DNA of 63,823 nucleotides, counting the filler, from Octopus bimaculoides (lineage: Eukaryota): assembly GCF_001194135.2 (NCBI RefSeq). It is 6 parts of 6 records of this genome, joined end to end, with 100 filler letters (N's around TTAATTAATTAA, not from the genome) between each part and the next. Parts side by side here need not be neighbours in the genome. Positions count along the whole stretch, not along the records: positions 1 to 15,947 come from NC_068989.1; positions 16,048 to 29,729 come from NC_068982.1; 4 more parts are not named here. One strand, 5' to 3'. The number at the start of each line of letters is the position of its first letter. The first letter of the stretch is position 1. The notes under the pieces were generated by a model. The model had not been told where the DNA came from. It saw only the letters and a program-made list of their open reading frames with translations, and ran no database searches. The translations under genes and the position numbers were made by a program. Positions 12,721 through 26,048 of this stretch are shown in pieces.

Positions 12721-13527
12721 AGCCATATCTGCAACTATAGATTTATGTATACACACACACACACACACACACGTGTGTGTGCATGTTCACTTCTGTTCTT
12801 ATTTATTTGAATTCTTCTACTTAGGAAGGAGCTGGTTTCTAACAAAGATATGAAGCTCCATTGTTGGAATGTAGATAACAAAAATTTTAAACTTGAGAAA
12901 AGATTTGCATATTTTTACTGTTCCACAAATGCAATCTGTAGATTGCATTTGTAATGTGCAGGTTATTTGGTTGATTTTTTTTTTCTGAAAGCCCTAGCTT
13001 TACAAAACCAAGAGCACCAATTATTATTGATATAAATATGAATTTATAATCTGGATATAGAAACTGGAGGTTTCAGAGAAGTTGTCCATAGTTATCCTCT
13101 TTCCTTTTTATTTTCAGAGAGAGATTCACATCAAGATGATAGCTAACCTATATGATTGTACATACTTTTTCTTGTCTGTCCCAAACAACAATATCCAGTT
13201 AGGTTGACAGATATTTTGATGGGAATGTTCCACCAGAATTACTGGTGTTAATATTTGTGTATGTATCTAATAACAATAAGATTTTCTATTTTTATTCTAG
13301 AACAGATTTTTTTTCCGAAGAGCATTGTATATTGTGTTTGCAACAACATCATTGCTGGTAGGGAGGTAGTTCCTTGATGACACTTTTGGGCAGCTGTGAA
13401 AAAACACATGTGTAATGCCTTCCATGGAAATATATAATCCACATTTTTGGTTGCATCTTGGAGATCCAAGAACTTCACTGTCTCTTTTGTTAATTAGGTA
13501 TTTTGTAGAAATCCTGTTTTGGGATAG

Positions 13528-13564
<37 letters not shown>

Positions 13565-13568
<4 letters not shown>

Positions 13569-13712
13569 GTTAAGAAGCTGTGTAGTTAAGAAGCTCACTT
13601 GGCAACCACCATGTGGCACCTTGGACAAGTGTCTTCTATTATAGACCTAGACCAATCAATACCTTGTGAATGAATTTGGTAGACAGAAACTGTGTGAGAA
13701 GCCCATCATTTT
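13565..13712 (+). mobile_element. SINE family B, 5' part
   Basis: TTAAGAAGCTCACTTGGCAACC..GGCACCTTGGACAAGTGTCTTCTATTATAG..GATTTGGTAGACAGAAACTG. Confidence 0.75.
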
Positions 13713-13729
13713 TATATCATCAGCATCAC

Positions 13730-13900
13730 CATCATCATTATCATCGTTTAACATCCACTTTCCAAGTTGGCATGGGTTGAGCTTCAATATCATCTTTGGC
13801 TTGGTTTTTATGGCTGGATACCCTTCCTAATGCCAACCATTTCACAGAGTGTACTGAGTGCACTTTTTGTACCATCAACACTAGTGAGGTACCTTGCAAG
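13730..13900 (-). mobile_element. LINE/SINE 3' tail ending in (GAT)n, RTE-type
   Basis: Reverse complement of the GGAAGGGxATCCAG...AACCCATGCxAxCxTGGAAAGxGGAxGTTAAACGATGATG tail also seen at 59419-59585. Confidence 0.65.
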
Positions 13901-14439
13901 ACAGAAAAGAACAGGGATAGAAGAAAAGGAAAAGCTCCCTTACTAAAGGGAAGTATTTGGGAGGTGAACGTAAGTGGTTTTATATCAGGTACCGAAAGGC
14001 TAGAATATGGTTGAGAGACAAGGAAATAAATGGCTGAAGGAGACAAAAGAAAAGTAGTGATGTGGTGCTAGAGCAAACTCTCAAAGAACAAGAAGGTGAG
14101 CATAAGAGAGGACATGGACAGTGAGTCAGGAGAGGTGATGAGAGAGTATATGCTTTCAAAAGAGTGTGAGAAGGTAAGTAAACAGGTCGTGGTTAATGTA
14201 GTGAATGATAAACAAGTGTGGATGTATGTAGAGGTGGAAAATATAGGGATACATAAGAGACTATAGTAGATGGGTTATGATGGTGGGACACTGAGAATGA
14301 TAGTAGATAAGAGAGGTGTTTAGAATAGAGTATAGAAGAGGGGAGAAAAAGTGGTGGTTAAAGGCACAGAAAGATGACTAGTAGAAAAAGTGTGGGCAAA
14401 TGATGAGGAATGGAAGTAGCTGGAAGGGTAAATTGTCAG

Positions 14440-15330
14440 GGAGGGGATATATGAGGAAGCCTTGAACATAGACATAGGCTCCAACCACCCACCAGCAGTC
14501 ATTAAACAACTAGTTAATAATATTAGCAAGTGCATCTCCAATTTATCCACCAATAAAGATACTTTTGAAAAAGCTATCCCATGCTATAATGCTGCATTAG
14601 AAAGGTCCAACTTCAAGAATAGCTTAAACTACATTGAATCAAATACAAATAGACCAAGAAGATGCAGACAGAGGAAACTTTTATGGTTTAACCCATCTTA
14701 TAGCATGAATGTAGGCACTAACATAGCTAGGAAATTCTTGAAATTAATAGACAATCACTTCCCACATTCACACAAGATTTTCAACAGCAATACTGTTAAA
14801 GTTAGTTATAGTTGCTTCCCCAATATAGGGTCAATGATACTCAACCACAATAAAAATAAACACACCAGAGATACCCCAAAAGACAATGCAATTTCAGATC
14901 TCCAAACAGCTGCCCTCTAAACAACAACTGTCACAAAAAAGAACTTGTATATGAGACTAAAATAACGGATCCTAAATGAGTAGCAAAGATGTATATCGGA
15001 ATGATATACACAACGAAAGATACACACAACATTTGGCATCATTCAGAGACACAAATAATAAACACACAACATCCTTCTCCAATATGATATGGACATTGAA
15101 AGAATGTGGAATAAATAACCACCTAAGACCAGAAAATACAGAGGACAGGGCACCAAATATGATCTCTGTATCACTGAAAAACTAAATATCATGCACTCAA
15201 CAGATAACATCCTAAATATTAGGAATGAAATCTTCTCTCCTTGCATATAAAAGCAATATTTCACACTTAAACACTTCAAAGAGAAACCATCACATGTGCC
15301 ACTAATCCCTCCAGTGTAGCCCCTTTCCTG
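14440..15330 (+). mobile_element. Penelope-like element fragment (RT thumb to GIY-YIG)
   Basis: IGSNHPPAVIKQLVNNISKCISNLS, LLWFNPSYSMNVGTNIARKFLKLIDNHFP, NTVKVSYSCFPNIGSMI, RYTQHLASFR..TSFSNMIWTLK. Confidence 0.9.
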
Positions 15331-15765
15331 AATGTGAAATTTGAATATATATAACACATGAACTTCACATAGAAGAAATATATCCCCATGATGAACTACT
15401 TCAGCACACAAACATTATATACGCCTAGAATATAATATAAGATAATGCAAACAAATTTACTGCCCAACATCACTGTTTCACCCTAAAGCCAAATCCAAAG
15501 GAGATAACCGCTTAAAAGATATCATCCAAGAGTAGCGCCACTTGCTTTCTTTATGAGAATCTCTGCAAGTTCAACAAGACTGTGTTTTTATCTAAAATGA
15601 AGACAAACACCATTCCTCCATGTGACTGGCTTGAAAAATTGTTAAAATATTAAGATAATTTTCTATTTTTTGTAACATGAAACCAATAGTAGCCTAAATG
15701 CACAAATAAAGAAAGTCTATCCACCAATGCTGTGTTGAGCACACATTTTCATTATTTGACATTTA

Positions 15766-15807
<42 letters not shown>

Positions 15808-15811
15808 AGTA

Positions 15812-15947
15812 TATTGCCACTTAAGTGTGGCTGACCCCTTAGGGGTGGATGTTACTGTTGCTTTTAGCCCCAGGAGGACATCTCCTCCAGCTGGCTTATC
15901 AACACACTACTGTGTCCTGTTTGCCAAGGGAAGTTATCCCTCCCATC
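15812..15947 (-). mobile_element. Probable CR1-like LINE 3' UTR fragment
   Basis: Partial similarity (TACTGTTG...TTAG...AGGA...TCCTCCAG) to 25530-25595 within the CR1-like relic. Confidence 0.35.
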
Positions 15948-15991
15948 NNNNNNNNNNNNNNNNNNNNNNNNNNNNNNNNNNNNNNNNNNNN

Positions 15992-16003
15992 TTAATTAAT
16001 TAA
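15992..16003. other. Artificial TTAATTAATTAA six-frame-stop linker inside N gaps (also 29774, 44623, 59362, 61808)
   Basis: Identical 12-mer isolated between N runs five times. Confidence 0.9.
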
Positions 16004-16074
16004 NNNNNNNNNNNNNNNNNNNNNNNNNNNNNNNNNNNNNNNNNNNNTCAATCACCTCCTCCACCTCCTCCTCT

Positions 16075-16084
16075 TCCCCATCAC

Positions 16085-16146
<62 letters not shown>

Positions 16147-16153
16147 CCATCAC

Positions 16154-16227
<74 letters not shown>

Positions 16228-16235
16228 CCATCATC
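16075..16235. repeat. (CAT)n microsatellite
   Basis: Directly visible; gives poly-D/poly-M pseudo-ORFs. Confidence 0.95.
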
Positions 16236-16868
16236 AACGTCTAAATTTCTGAATGAGGATTTAAAATTCGATCCTTTTCTAGTTTGTTCAGCAAGGATAA
16301 TCATGCGGATTATCTTTTAATATTTTCTTTCTATACTGACATATATATTGGTGTTATTTTAATCGCTTTGCTTCACTGATGATGATCAAGGACGATGATG
16401 ATGATGATGATGAGGATGATGATGATGATGATGATGATGATAATGACATTGATTAATATTTTTTTATTGTTATAATGATGATGATGATGATGATAATGTT
16501 TTCTCTACCTCCGTATTTTTTGTGTTTTCTCTTTTTCCTCGTCAATGTCATTATCTTTTACGGGAAAGATTTATTTTATTTTTTTACTTTTATCCTGTAT
16601 TTGTTTCAGTCATTGGACAGCGACCATGCTGGGGCACTACCTTGAAGGATATTTGTCGAACAAATTAATCCCAGTACTAATTTTCATTTTTTCTTCAAGA
16701 ATTAGGAGCGGGAGGCAGCCATAGCTCTGGAGTATACACTGGTCCAGCCTTGGTCTTAACTCACATATATCTTATAATTATATATGTATATACAACGATC
16801 TATCACATTCTTTTTTCGTGAATGAGTGAAGTTTGTGTGTATGAAATTATTGTGACAGATGAATGAAA

Positions 16869-17279
16869 GCGGCGTGCTGGCAGAATCGTTAGCACGCCGG
16901 GTAAAATGGTTAGCGGCACTTAGTCCATCTTTACGTTCTGAGTTCAAATTCCGCCGTGGTCGACTTTACTTTTCATCCTTTCGGGGTCGATAAAATAAGT
17001 ACCAGTTGAACACTGAAATCGATGTAATCGACTTAATCCCTCTCCCGAAATTGCTGGCCTGATATTAGAACTTAAAACTATTATCATAAATTATTATAGC
17101 ACGCCGGTCAAAATGCTTAGCGGTATTTCGTCCGTCTTTATGTTTTGAGTTCGAATTCTGCGATGTCGACTTGGCATTTCATCCCTTCCAAGGCCGATAA
17201 CATAAGTACCAGTTGAGCAGTTGAGCTGGGGTTGATGTACTTGACTTAACACCTACCCCGAAATTGCTGGCCTTAGTGC

Positions 17280-17280
<1 letters not shown>
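16869..17280 (+). mobile_element. Two tandem SINE family A copies followed by (TTA)n
   Basis: GCGGCGTGCTGGCAGAATCGTTAGCACGCCGG head, B-box GAGTTCAAATTCC, CTTTCATCCTTTCGGGGTCGATAAAATAAGTACCAG core; second copy starts at about 17099. Confidence 0.9.
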
Positions 17281-17361
<81 letters not shown>

Positions 17362-17499
17362 TATTATTATTATCTGACGGACAGTCAGTCAGATGTGTTT
17401 GGATCAATCTGTTGGTTTTGTGTTTAAATATTGAATTACTATCAGAAATGTGTGTGTATGATTGTGTGCATGCGTGCGTATGTGTGTATCTGAGTTTTC

Positions 17500-17533
<34 letters not shown>

Positions 17534-17599
17534 GACTGTTTCAAAATCGAGGTGAGAATCTACGCCTTAATTCTCTCCTCTCATTTGTAGAGTTAAATA

Positions 17600-17900
17600 T
17601 TTTTCTTTTACTTTTCTTTTGTTTTTCGCAAAAATGTCATTTGTATTTTCCTTGTTCATCGTCAACATGGCGTCTTTGATGGTGATAATCAGCAGGGACT
17701 TCCAGCACAACGGCAACATTTACAACGGACAGAAAAAAAAAATCTCCAAAAACAAAGATTAAAAGTGAAACAAAAAGACCACCCGAAATAATAAATTGGT
17801 TTGTGAAAAAATGACGCTTTGATGGACAAAATCACAAACACAAGCAAAATGAATAAAACCAAACACTCAGCGACATGAGCAATTATAGCATGAGCTGTTT
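17600..17900. promoter_or_regulatory. Candidate promoter/first-exon region with YY1-type motif
   Basis: Unique, relatively CpG-retaining sequence containing CAACATGGCG (17663-17672), about 8.5 kb upstream of the minus-strand exon. Confidence 0.35.
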
Positions 17901-18200
17901 ACAATATTGCGGTTGTCGTTAGATAGACTTTAACGGCATTGGCAACATAAGTGACCATAACAGTAATAAAAGTGATAATGATAAAAACAACAAACGAAAG
18001 GGGAAAACTGCCACTTTCGCAAATGTCATCGGGGATTTCGTGGTTTTTAAACCTGTCTTTCCTGTCGGAGTAAAAGAAGCAATGGCTGAAGTGCGTCACT
18101 AAAGACCGTGCTATTTTAACCAAAACATTCGGTAAAGGGAAGATGAGGTCAACAGGGCATGTTTTGTCTCTCTTGTGAAGTTCGAGAAAGCTCTTCGTGA

Positions 18201-18290
18201 TACGAGGAGGTATCAAAATGTTCCCGGACTAGTTCTATAGCGTGCCGACAGATAGCAGCACACGGTTGCGTGCACAGTGCGAGCTAGAAA
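18201..18290 (+). mobile_element. Mariner-type terminal fragment (single TIR)
   Basis: TACGAGGAGGTATCAAAATGTTCCCGGACT resembles TA+CGAGGGG..TCAAAAAGTT mariner TIRs; no partner TIR seen. Confidence 0.55.
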
Positions 18291-18499
18291 TAAAAGAAAA
18301 TGACTACTATTCCCTTCAAACTTTGCCTTTGTGAGTTGGGCATCAATGTATCGAAACTGACCTATTTTTCGATATATTTGAGACAGATTCAGCTCTGAGT
18401 TGCAGAATCAGAAATATCGTCAGAGTAAATATTCTGCTCAATACCACAGATTTGCTTGTCAGTTGCTTGACCATAACCACTTGAGCATATTTCTTAGTT

Positions 18500-18597
18500 G
18501 CGACGGACAGGCGTCTCGTCCAGGTGGGGAACCTGTACGCCAATGAAACCGGGAAACCGACCCTTATGAGTCAGGAATGGCTCGAGAAGGAACAAAT
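18500..18597 (+). mobile_element. SINE family C, 3' part
   Basis: GACAGGCGTCTCGTCCAGGTGGG...GAAACCGGGAAACCGACCCTTATGAGTC matches the tail of the copy at 57576-57830. Confidence 0.65.
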
Positions 18598-19599
18598 AAC
18601 ATATCCCTTAGTGGCTGATAATATGTGAATCCCTGATCACGATCAGAATTAGTGTTGAGAGTCATACGTTGAGAAGGATTTTTGGGGGTTTCAATAAATG
18701 TAAGAAAAGTTTGAAGGAAATAGCCATTTTTCATACTTTCTAGGGGGTAAGCAAATAAGAAATAACAGTTACTACCCCAGGACAAAAACCGTGTTACACA
18801 GTGTTATATTTGTATCCCTGTAAGTAAGTATGTATAAGGTGTAGCAGTGTCTCTATGTGTGTATATGCTTGCGTACTTACGTATTTAAAACAAAATTGAT
18901 TTATCTGAATTTCCATCGTATGCGATTCGCAGTAAATTCAAATTTGGAAAATGTCTGCTGCTACTATTCACACAAAAATATAGTGAATACTTAATCTAAA
19001 TTTCGTAGCTTTTTTTAATTTATTTACTTTACTCTCTGTTTCGTATATTTTATTAAATTTTAATCCTAGCTTTCATTTTGGTGTTAATCTTCTTTGTGTC
19101 CTTACATTTTTGGATGTTAGCATATTTTTAATTTAAAATTGTTCATATTGACCCAAAACATACAATTGATTATTATTATAAATGTGAATGATTAATTTCT
19201 ACTACTCGCTTGTTTTCTTCGGAGCAGGTTTTATTGTTTTTCATTAAATCCAACAAAAGAACCTTGTTATTCAGATATAAAGACAGACACAACAGTTCTC
19301 ATTGTTCATTATGACTATACATCAACGTTTCCTGCATGAACTGATGCTTCTTTAAATTAAGTTTATTTGCATCAAATGTTTAACGATGTGGGTGTATTCA
19401 AGTATGGATTTGAGAGTATAATGCTTGCATGTATACACACATATATACGTATGTCTATGACTAAATACATACACAAACACATATATAAACATTCATAAAT
19501 ATATATGTATTCAATGTGTATGTAATATACAGATATATGGGCTTAAATATTCATATATATATATTTATATATTTGTATATATATATATTTATATTTATA

Positions 19600-19660
<61 letters not shown>

Positions 19661-19672
19661 NNNNNNNNNNNN

Positions 19673-19714
<42 letters not shown>

Positions 19715-20670
19715 ACGCGCTGGCATATATATATGTATACATGTGCCTATATATACTTACATACATATTCACTCAATCACTCACTCACAAGCGCGCGCAC
19801 ACACACACACACACACATACATATTATACACACATAAAACACATTTGTATGTTTGAATATATGTACGCATACATGTCTATGTATATTGATTCTAATTAAA
19901 ATGGGCATCAAATGTAAACAGAAGCAGATGTATATATAAAACAAAAACAAAACAAAAAGACCCAGAAAAGTAGTTACCTGGCCAAAACGCACCAAAGGGC
20001 AGAAGAAAGAGAAATCTTCAGATTCTCTTTCCTAATTGAATATTTTATATCTAATTAAATATTTATTGGTTATTTTATCTTTTTACTACTTTCACTTGTT
20101 GGGCTACGGTCAAGCTAGAGTATTGCCTTAGTTGATTATATTATATATCGATCTCAGTATATCATTAGTTTGTTTTTTTTACCTTATCGATCTCGTAAAA
20201 GACGAAAGATAAAATGAATGTCTGCCTAAAATGAATGTAATTTGTATGAAATTAAGTATCACAAGCTGTCAGCGGTAAGTTACTCTCCTCTTCTGCTCCT
20301 GATTAGGACACATACCATTTGGTCTCATTATTTGTGCCAAGTCTTTCCTTTGTTTGTTGACTCGACAGAAGTAAAAGAGGAACATTTTGCTGTCGTTTCT
20401 CGATTGCAATTTTGGCTGACACTGTTTTGATGTGTCAAGGTGCGAGGTGTATTTTCCAGTGAAAATCACACATCCTCCTGTTTATTTTTAAAGTTGAAAT
20501 ATTCGTGTTCGTTTGTTCACGTGGTTTTTATTTAACTTTGTTATAGTTGCAATTTTACGGGTTGGCGGGATGATATTATAATCGTCATCTTTGAACCGAC
20601 ACTAGGAGAAATCGAGAATATGTTTGACCGTCCCAAATACCTAACATATACATATATACAGGTGTGTGTG

Positions 20671-20744
<74 letters not shown>

Positions 20745-21039
20745 TATATATATTTTCAGGATGTGTAAACATACATACATAAACACACACACACATTGTT
20801 GTGTCTGGGTAGAGTCATATTGCCTTGATATATTTAACACACTCACCGGTTCAATTTCCATTTATTCATATATTTTTTGTCAGTCCCTGGACAAAGTTTT
20901 TCCGTTACTTTTGCAACCTTATGAATATCGACTCTGTCCTTTATCGAAGCAATAAAATCTCAAACAGGTAAAAGGAATGCAGCTTTAGTAGCGGATAGAG
21001 CCGATATCTATTGATAAGGTTGCAAAAGCAACGAAAACC

Positions 21040-21650
21040 TTTTTGGAACTTTACCAATGCTAGCACTCCATGTCATTAATTACGAAACACTTTCCCAGAG
21101 GCCACAAGTATTACAAACTTTTCCATCCCTATAATGTCCAAGTGAGCTACTCCTGCTTAGACAACATCGATTCCATCATTACACGCATCAACAGACGTAA
21201 AATTGCACCCGCACTACCCCCAACCCCAACCTGCAACTACCGAAACCCCACAATGTGCGTCGTAGAAGAATCCTGCCTCTCAAGAGCCGTAGTATACAGA
21301 GCCACCCTTACATCATTTGATGGCATTACTAGGCACTATACGGGTATGACAGCCAGTGATTTCAAAGGAAGATACTTCCAGCATATGCACTCGTTCAGAT
21401 CCAGAGAGAGAGAACTCTACTTCCCTATCCCGTTTACTCTGGAGACTCCGTGACCTCCGAGATGAAATACCAAGCATCAAGTGGACATTGTCGACAAAGC
21501 GCCACCATATTCATTCGGCGCCCCCAATTGCCATCTCTGCATACGCAAAAAACTGCATTCCTCCAACAACCCACAATATCCATCAGCAAGAACTACGATT
21601 TATCTTATTGCTGTCCGGCAAATTTTAAGCCCCTGACTGCCGACAACCCG
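21040..21650 (+). mobile_element. Penelope-like element fragment (linker and GIY-YIG)
   Basis: LITKHFPRGHKYYKLFHPYNVQVSYSCLDNI, CNYRNPTMCVVEESCLSRAVVYRATL, HYTGMTASDFKGRYFQHMHSFR, STSLSRLLWRLRD..IKW, CHLC. Confidence 0.9.
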
Positions 21651-22453
21651 AATTTACCAAGTTACGCATGTGCATGCGCACATTAATATGCATGCAAGCA
21701 TATATGCATGAATAAGCATGTGAAGATGTGTGTGCGTGTATGTGTGTGTGCGTGTGTGTGTGTGTGTGTGTGCGTGCGTGCATGTGTACAAATGTATGTG
21801 TGTGCGCGCGTGCATGTCCGTTCATATATATANNNNNNNNNNNNNNNNNNNNNNNNNNNNNNNNNNNNNNNNNNNNNNNNNNNNNNNNNNNNNNNNNNNN
21901 NNNNNNNNNNNNNNNNNNNNNNNNNNNNNNNNNNNNNNNNNNNNNNNNNNNNNNNNNNNNNNNNNNNNNNNNNNNNNNNNNNNNNNNNNNNNNNNNNNNN
22001 NNNNNNNNNNNNNNNNNNNNNNNNNNNNNNNNNNNNNNNNNNNNNNNNNNNNNNNNNNNNNNNNNNNNNNNNNNNNNNNNNNNNNNNNNNNNNNNNNNNN
22101 NNNNNNNNNNNNNNNNNNNNNNNNNNNNNNNNNNNNNNNNNNNNNNNNNNNNNNNNNNNNNNNNNNNNNNNNNNNNNNNNNNNNNNNNNNNNNNNNNNNN
22201 NNNNNNNNNNNNNNNNNNNNNNNNNNNNNNNNNNNNNNNNNNNNNNNNNNNNNNNNNNNNNNNNNNNNNNNNNNNNNNNNNNNNNNNNNNNNNNNNNNNN
22301 NNNNNNNNNNNNNNNNNNNNNNNNNNNNNNNNNNNNNNNNNNNNNNNNNNNNNNNNNNNNNNNNNNNNNNNNNNNNNNNNNNNNNNNNNNNNNNNNNNNN
22401 NNNNNNNNNNNNNNNNNNNNNNNNNNNNNNNATATATATATATATATAGTCAT

Positions 22454-22765
22454 CTACGAACGCATATGTCAAGCACGAATTCGTTCTTACAATTAGAACA
22501 GTACTCGGCACGTTTGCTGATCTGTGTTAAGCTTTGTCAAACAAGAATTAAATAATCAACGTAAGAGGAAGCAGCATTCAATAAAATATATTTGCATGAA
22601 GTCATGTTTAACACGCTCGGGTGCACTGTGATGGGGGAGGACTTTTCACTTCGGAAGTAGTCCTGAGAGAACATTCTGCTCTTCGGCGACATGCATATCA
22701 ACAAACATACAGTATGCTGTTCTGACATAAGAACGAATTCGTACTTTCCGTTCATAGTTAACGAC
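22454..22765. mobile_element. MITE-like element with imperfect 30-45 bp inverted repeats
   Basis: AAGCACGAATTCGTTCTTACAATTAGAACAG (22471-22501) versus the reverse complement of 22717-22746, AAGTACGAATTCGTTCTTATGTCAGAACAG; non-coding interior. Confidence 0.55.
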
Positions 22766-23610
22766 GCGCTAACACATGGAAATGTAGAAATGATCCAATG
22801 ACGTCATCCACAGCCCATCGTGCTTTCAAATATGTCTCAGAGGTGACACATTTATCCCGCCGTTTTCTCTACAGCTGAATGCCTTCCCAGGTCCCGGAAT
22901 ATACGTATGTATGTATGTATGTATGTATGTATGTATGTATGTATGTATGTATGTATGTACGTACGTACGTATGTATGTATGTATGTATGTATGTATGTAT
23001 GTATGTACGTACGTACGTATGTATCTATGNNNNNNNNNNTATGTATGTATGCATGTAGCGTATTTGTATATACATGTAAATATATGTATGAATATTTTAA
23101 TTAGTATTCATATCTATATATATATATATATATGCATATGTGTGCACAGGACGTCATGAAACGTGTACAACAAAAAAGTACGAAGTACGAGTGCATGGAA
23201 TATGAACTATTTCTTTGAACAACGAAAGACACAAATGGAAAACAAGACAAACAACATAAAGAACAACCCTTCATCCGTTGTTGGCTGTTTTTCTACTCTC
23301 GTATTTCGAGCATTTAACAACAATATACGCTTTCGATAAAACAATTGCTCCCGCAAAGTAAATTAAATAATAATTTGAGATTTTGCAGAGGATCAAAATT
23401 AGTAACACAAACAGGACAGTGAAAACAAGCAGGAAGGGCTACGATGCCCAAAGGAAGCGAACACGTAAATCAAGCTTGGACAGGTGACAGACAAGAACAC
23501 GTCTTCCTTGTTCCAGATACAACGGAGAGAAAGAAAGAAACACAAGTTAGGAGAAGAAAGAAAGATGGTCGATGGTTACGTGGGAGCCACGTGAGCAACA
23601 CACACACACA

Positions 23611-23828
23611 CGGTGAGCTGGCAGAAACGTTAGCACGCCGAGCGAAATGCTTAGCGGTATTTCGTCAGCCGCTACGTTCTGAGTTCAAATTCCGCCGAGG
23701 TCGACTTTGCCTTTCATCCTTTCGGGATCGATTAAATAAGTACCAGTTACGCACTGGGGTCGATGTAATCGACTTAATACCTTTGTCTGTCCTTGTTTGT
23801 CCCCTCTGTGTGTAGCCCCTTGTGGGTA
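23611..23828 (+). mobile_element. SINE family A, near full length
   Basis: Head, B-box, core and TTTGTCTGTCCTTGTTTGTCCCCTCT tail; ends at a gap. Confidence 0.92.
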
Positions 23829-23912
23829 NNNNNNNNNNNNNNNNNNNNNNNNNNNNNNNNNNNNNNNNNNNNNNNNNNNNNNNNNNNNNNNNNNNNNNNN
23901 NNNNNNNNNNNN

Positions 23913-23951
<39 letters not shown>

Positions 23952-24589
23952 CATACAAACATACATACATACACACATATATATGCGTGTATGTGTGTGT
24001 GTGTGTATGTGTGTGTGAGTGTGTGTCTGCGTGGATGCATGTGTATCTCTATATATATGCGGATGTATGCATGTGAATGTGTGAACATATGTATAATGTG
24101 TGTGTATTTCGATGTATATAATAGATTAATACATACACCTATGAAGCACAAGAATGTTATCAAAGCTAGATGTGTCGGCTGCTTGTTTATCTCTGCATTT
24201 CTCTGTGTATATGGAACGTGAGCCTGCAGCAGTATTTCCCTGTGTGTATGAAGGGTGTGCGTGCTTATGTTTAACGGTGCGTTTTCAATGGTTCCGTTTT
24301 TGCTTTTTTCATCGTTTCATTCTTTGTTCGCTCTCTTCGTTAATTATTTTTGTTCTGTCATTCATTCATTCATTCTTTTTTCTTTTTATTCCATTATTGA
24401 TTGTTTCTTTATTCCTTCATCGGTATCAACCGTTCTTTTTTCCCCCTTTTTTGCTGTTTCCAGCTTTTCCTTTCTTTAATAGCCTTTTTTGTTCTTTCAT
24501 TCCTTCATTTATGTATGTGTATGTATACAAACATACATACGTACACACATGCAAACATACATACCTACACACACATATTCTTTTATGCT

Positions 24590-24780
24590 TTTATTCTTTT
24601 ACTAGTTTCCGTCATCTGACTGCACCCATGCTGGAGCACCGCCTTAAAAGGTTTTAGTCAAAGAAATCGACCCCAGGACTTATTCTTTGTAAGCCTAGTA
24701 CTTATTCCACTCGTCTCTTTTTACAGAAACATAAACACGCCAGCATCGGTTGTCAAGCGACGGTGGGGGGACAAATAGGG
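24590..24780 (-). mobile_element. SINE family B, 3' part
   Basis: ATGCTGGAGCACCGCCTT..AAATCGACCCCAGGACTTATTCTTTGTAAGCCTAGTAC..CATCGGTTGTCAAGCGA. Confidence 0.85.
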
Positions 24781-24876
24781 GAGACCGGGTCTAGTTGTTA
24801 CACGGGTAAGTTGTTACAAGCACGGGTAAGTTGTTATATATATAAATGTATATATATATATGTATATATATGTATG

Positions 24877-24910
<34 letters not shown>

Positions 24911-25079
24911 TACAGATACATACACGCACACACACAATACTTTTTTACATTCTTACTCTTTTACTAGTTTTAGCTCGAATGTCGTGGCCATGCTAATGCA
25001 CCGACATTATTTTTCCTATACTATTATTATATGAAACCTCCTCTGATATGTGGCATTTAATGGATGAGGGAGTTTGATG

Positions 25080-25985
25080 TTGCTGCCTTCATCTGCGTTT
25101 CGTACCGCCAGATAGGTTCGTCCAGAAGTCTTGACAAGAAGAGATCCAGTTTCGTTTTGAAGACATCATCTCCGTCTCATGTTATCTCTTAGACTTTTTG
25201 GGAGGATATTGTAAAGCTGTGGGCCTTTGAAACAGAAGCTGTTACAGTATCTGGTCTTGTACCTTGATGGTGATGTCCTGTACCTTGATGGCACTATGCA
25301 ATGACGCCCTGCTGTGGTGTTTGTGTAAATTTCAATGCCAAAGTTTAGTACAAGTCCTTTTAAGATTTTCCAGATATATATCACTGCATATCTTTCCCAC
25401 TTTCGTTCTAGAGAGTAGATTCTCAACTTTTTCAGCCTTTCCCAAAAGCTTACTTTTTGCATTGAGACGATCTTCTTTGTGTAGCTTAGTATGATTATGT
25501 TGAGTTCCATCGTTAATTTTACACTGTGTGATGACTACTGTTGGGAGCAGTTGTCTTAGCGGCTAAGGACAAATGTCCTCCAGAGGACTTGCAGAGTTTC
25601 CTGTTCTCTCGTTCCGAAAGTTCTAAAGGTACATCCGGCCAGCCGCTGGCATTTTATTCGCATGGCATTTTAACTTAGTAATATGCACTTTCAAAGATGC
25701 ATCATTACTCATGTAATGCCCAGGTCGCGCACTGATTTTCATTCTGGGATAGCAATTCCTTCTAGGCCAGTGTATCCTGTCTGCATTTCATTTAGCTCCA
25801 TGTGTTGGTAGCGCAGGTTTTGGAATTCTTCAGCTTCAAGCTTCCAAGTTTTCCGACCATACCGAGATCACACAGATTGAGACAAATATCACGTCCACAT
25901 TTGAGTTGTTGAGCAGCTGCTTTAACATCCAGTCGTAGTGTTGTAAGAGCTGTGTCAAGTAGCTTCTACCTGGTGGAAAACCATG
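25080..25985 (-). mobile_element. CR1/L2-like LINE 3' relic
   Basis: KSVRDLGIT, SFWERLKKLRIYSLERKWERYAVIYIWKIL, CNSFCFKGPQLYNILPKSLRD, FKTKLDLFLSRLLDEP. Confidence 0.85.
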
Positions 25986-26015
25986 CTGAGTATCAGTCAG
26001 TAAGTTATTCCCTTC

Positions 26016-26048
<33 letters not shown>

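Noticed and set aside
15992-16003. TTAATTAATTAA motif recurring five times
   Set aside because: Always isolated within N runs; an assembly linker, not biology.
17899-18216. 105-aa ORF with a hydrophobic C-terminus
   Set aside because: No ATG start (it begins inside the mariner TIR), no recognisable motif, no clear splice sites.
19978-20031. 54-nt candidate minus-strand micro-exon (AATTAG|...CCAG|GTAACT)
   Set aside because: Splice signals plausible but weak pyrimidine tract and no homology support.
23150-23345. Possible type II hammerhead on the minus strand
   Set aside because: The core reads CGGATGA, there is no U at the cleavage triplet and no stem I.
25085-25130. Minus-strand CTGGACGA...GAAACGC hammerhead look-alike
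   Set aside because: The core has an extra base and the sequence is the LLDEP coding end of the CR1-like relic.
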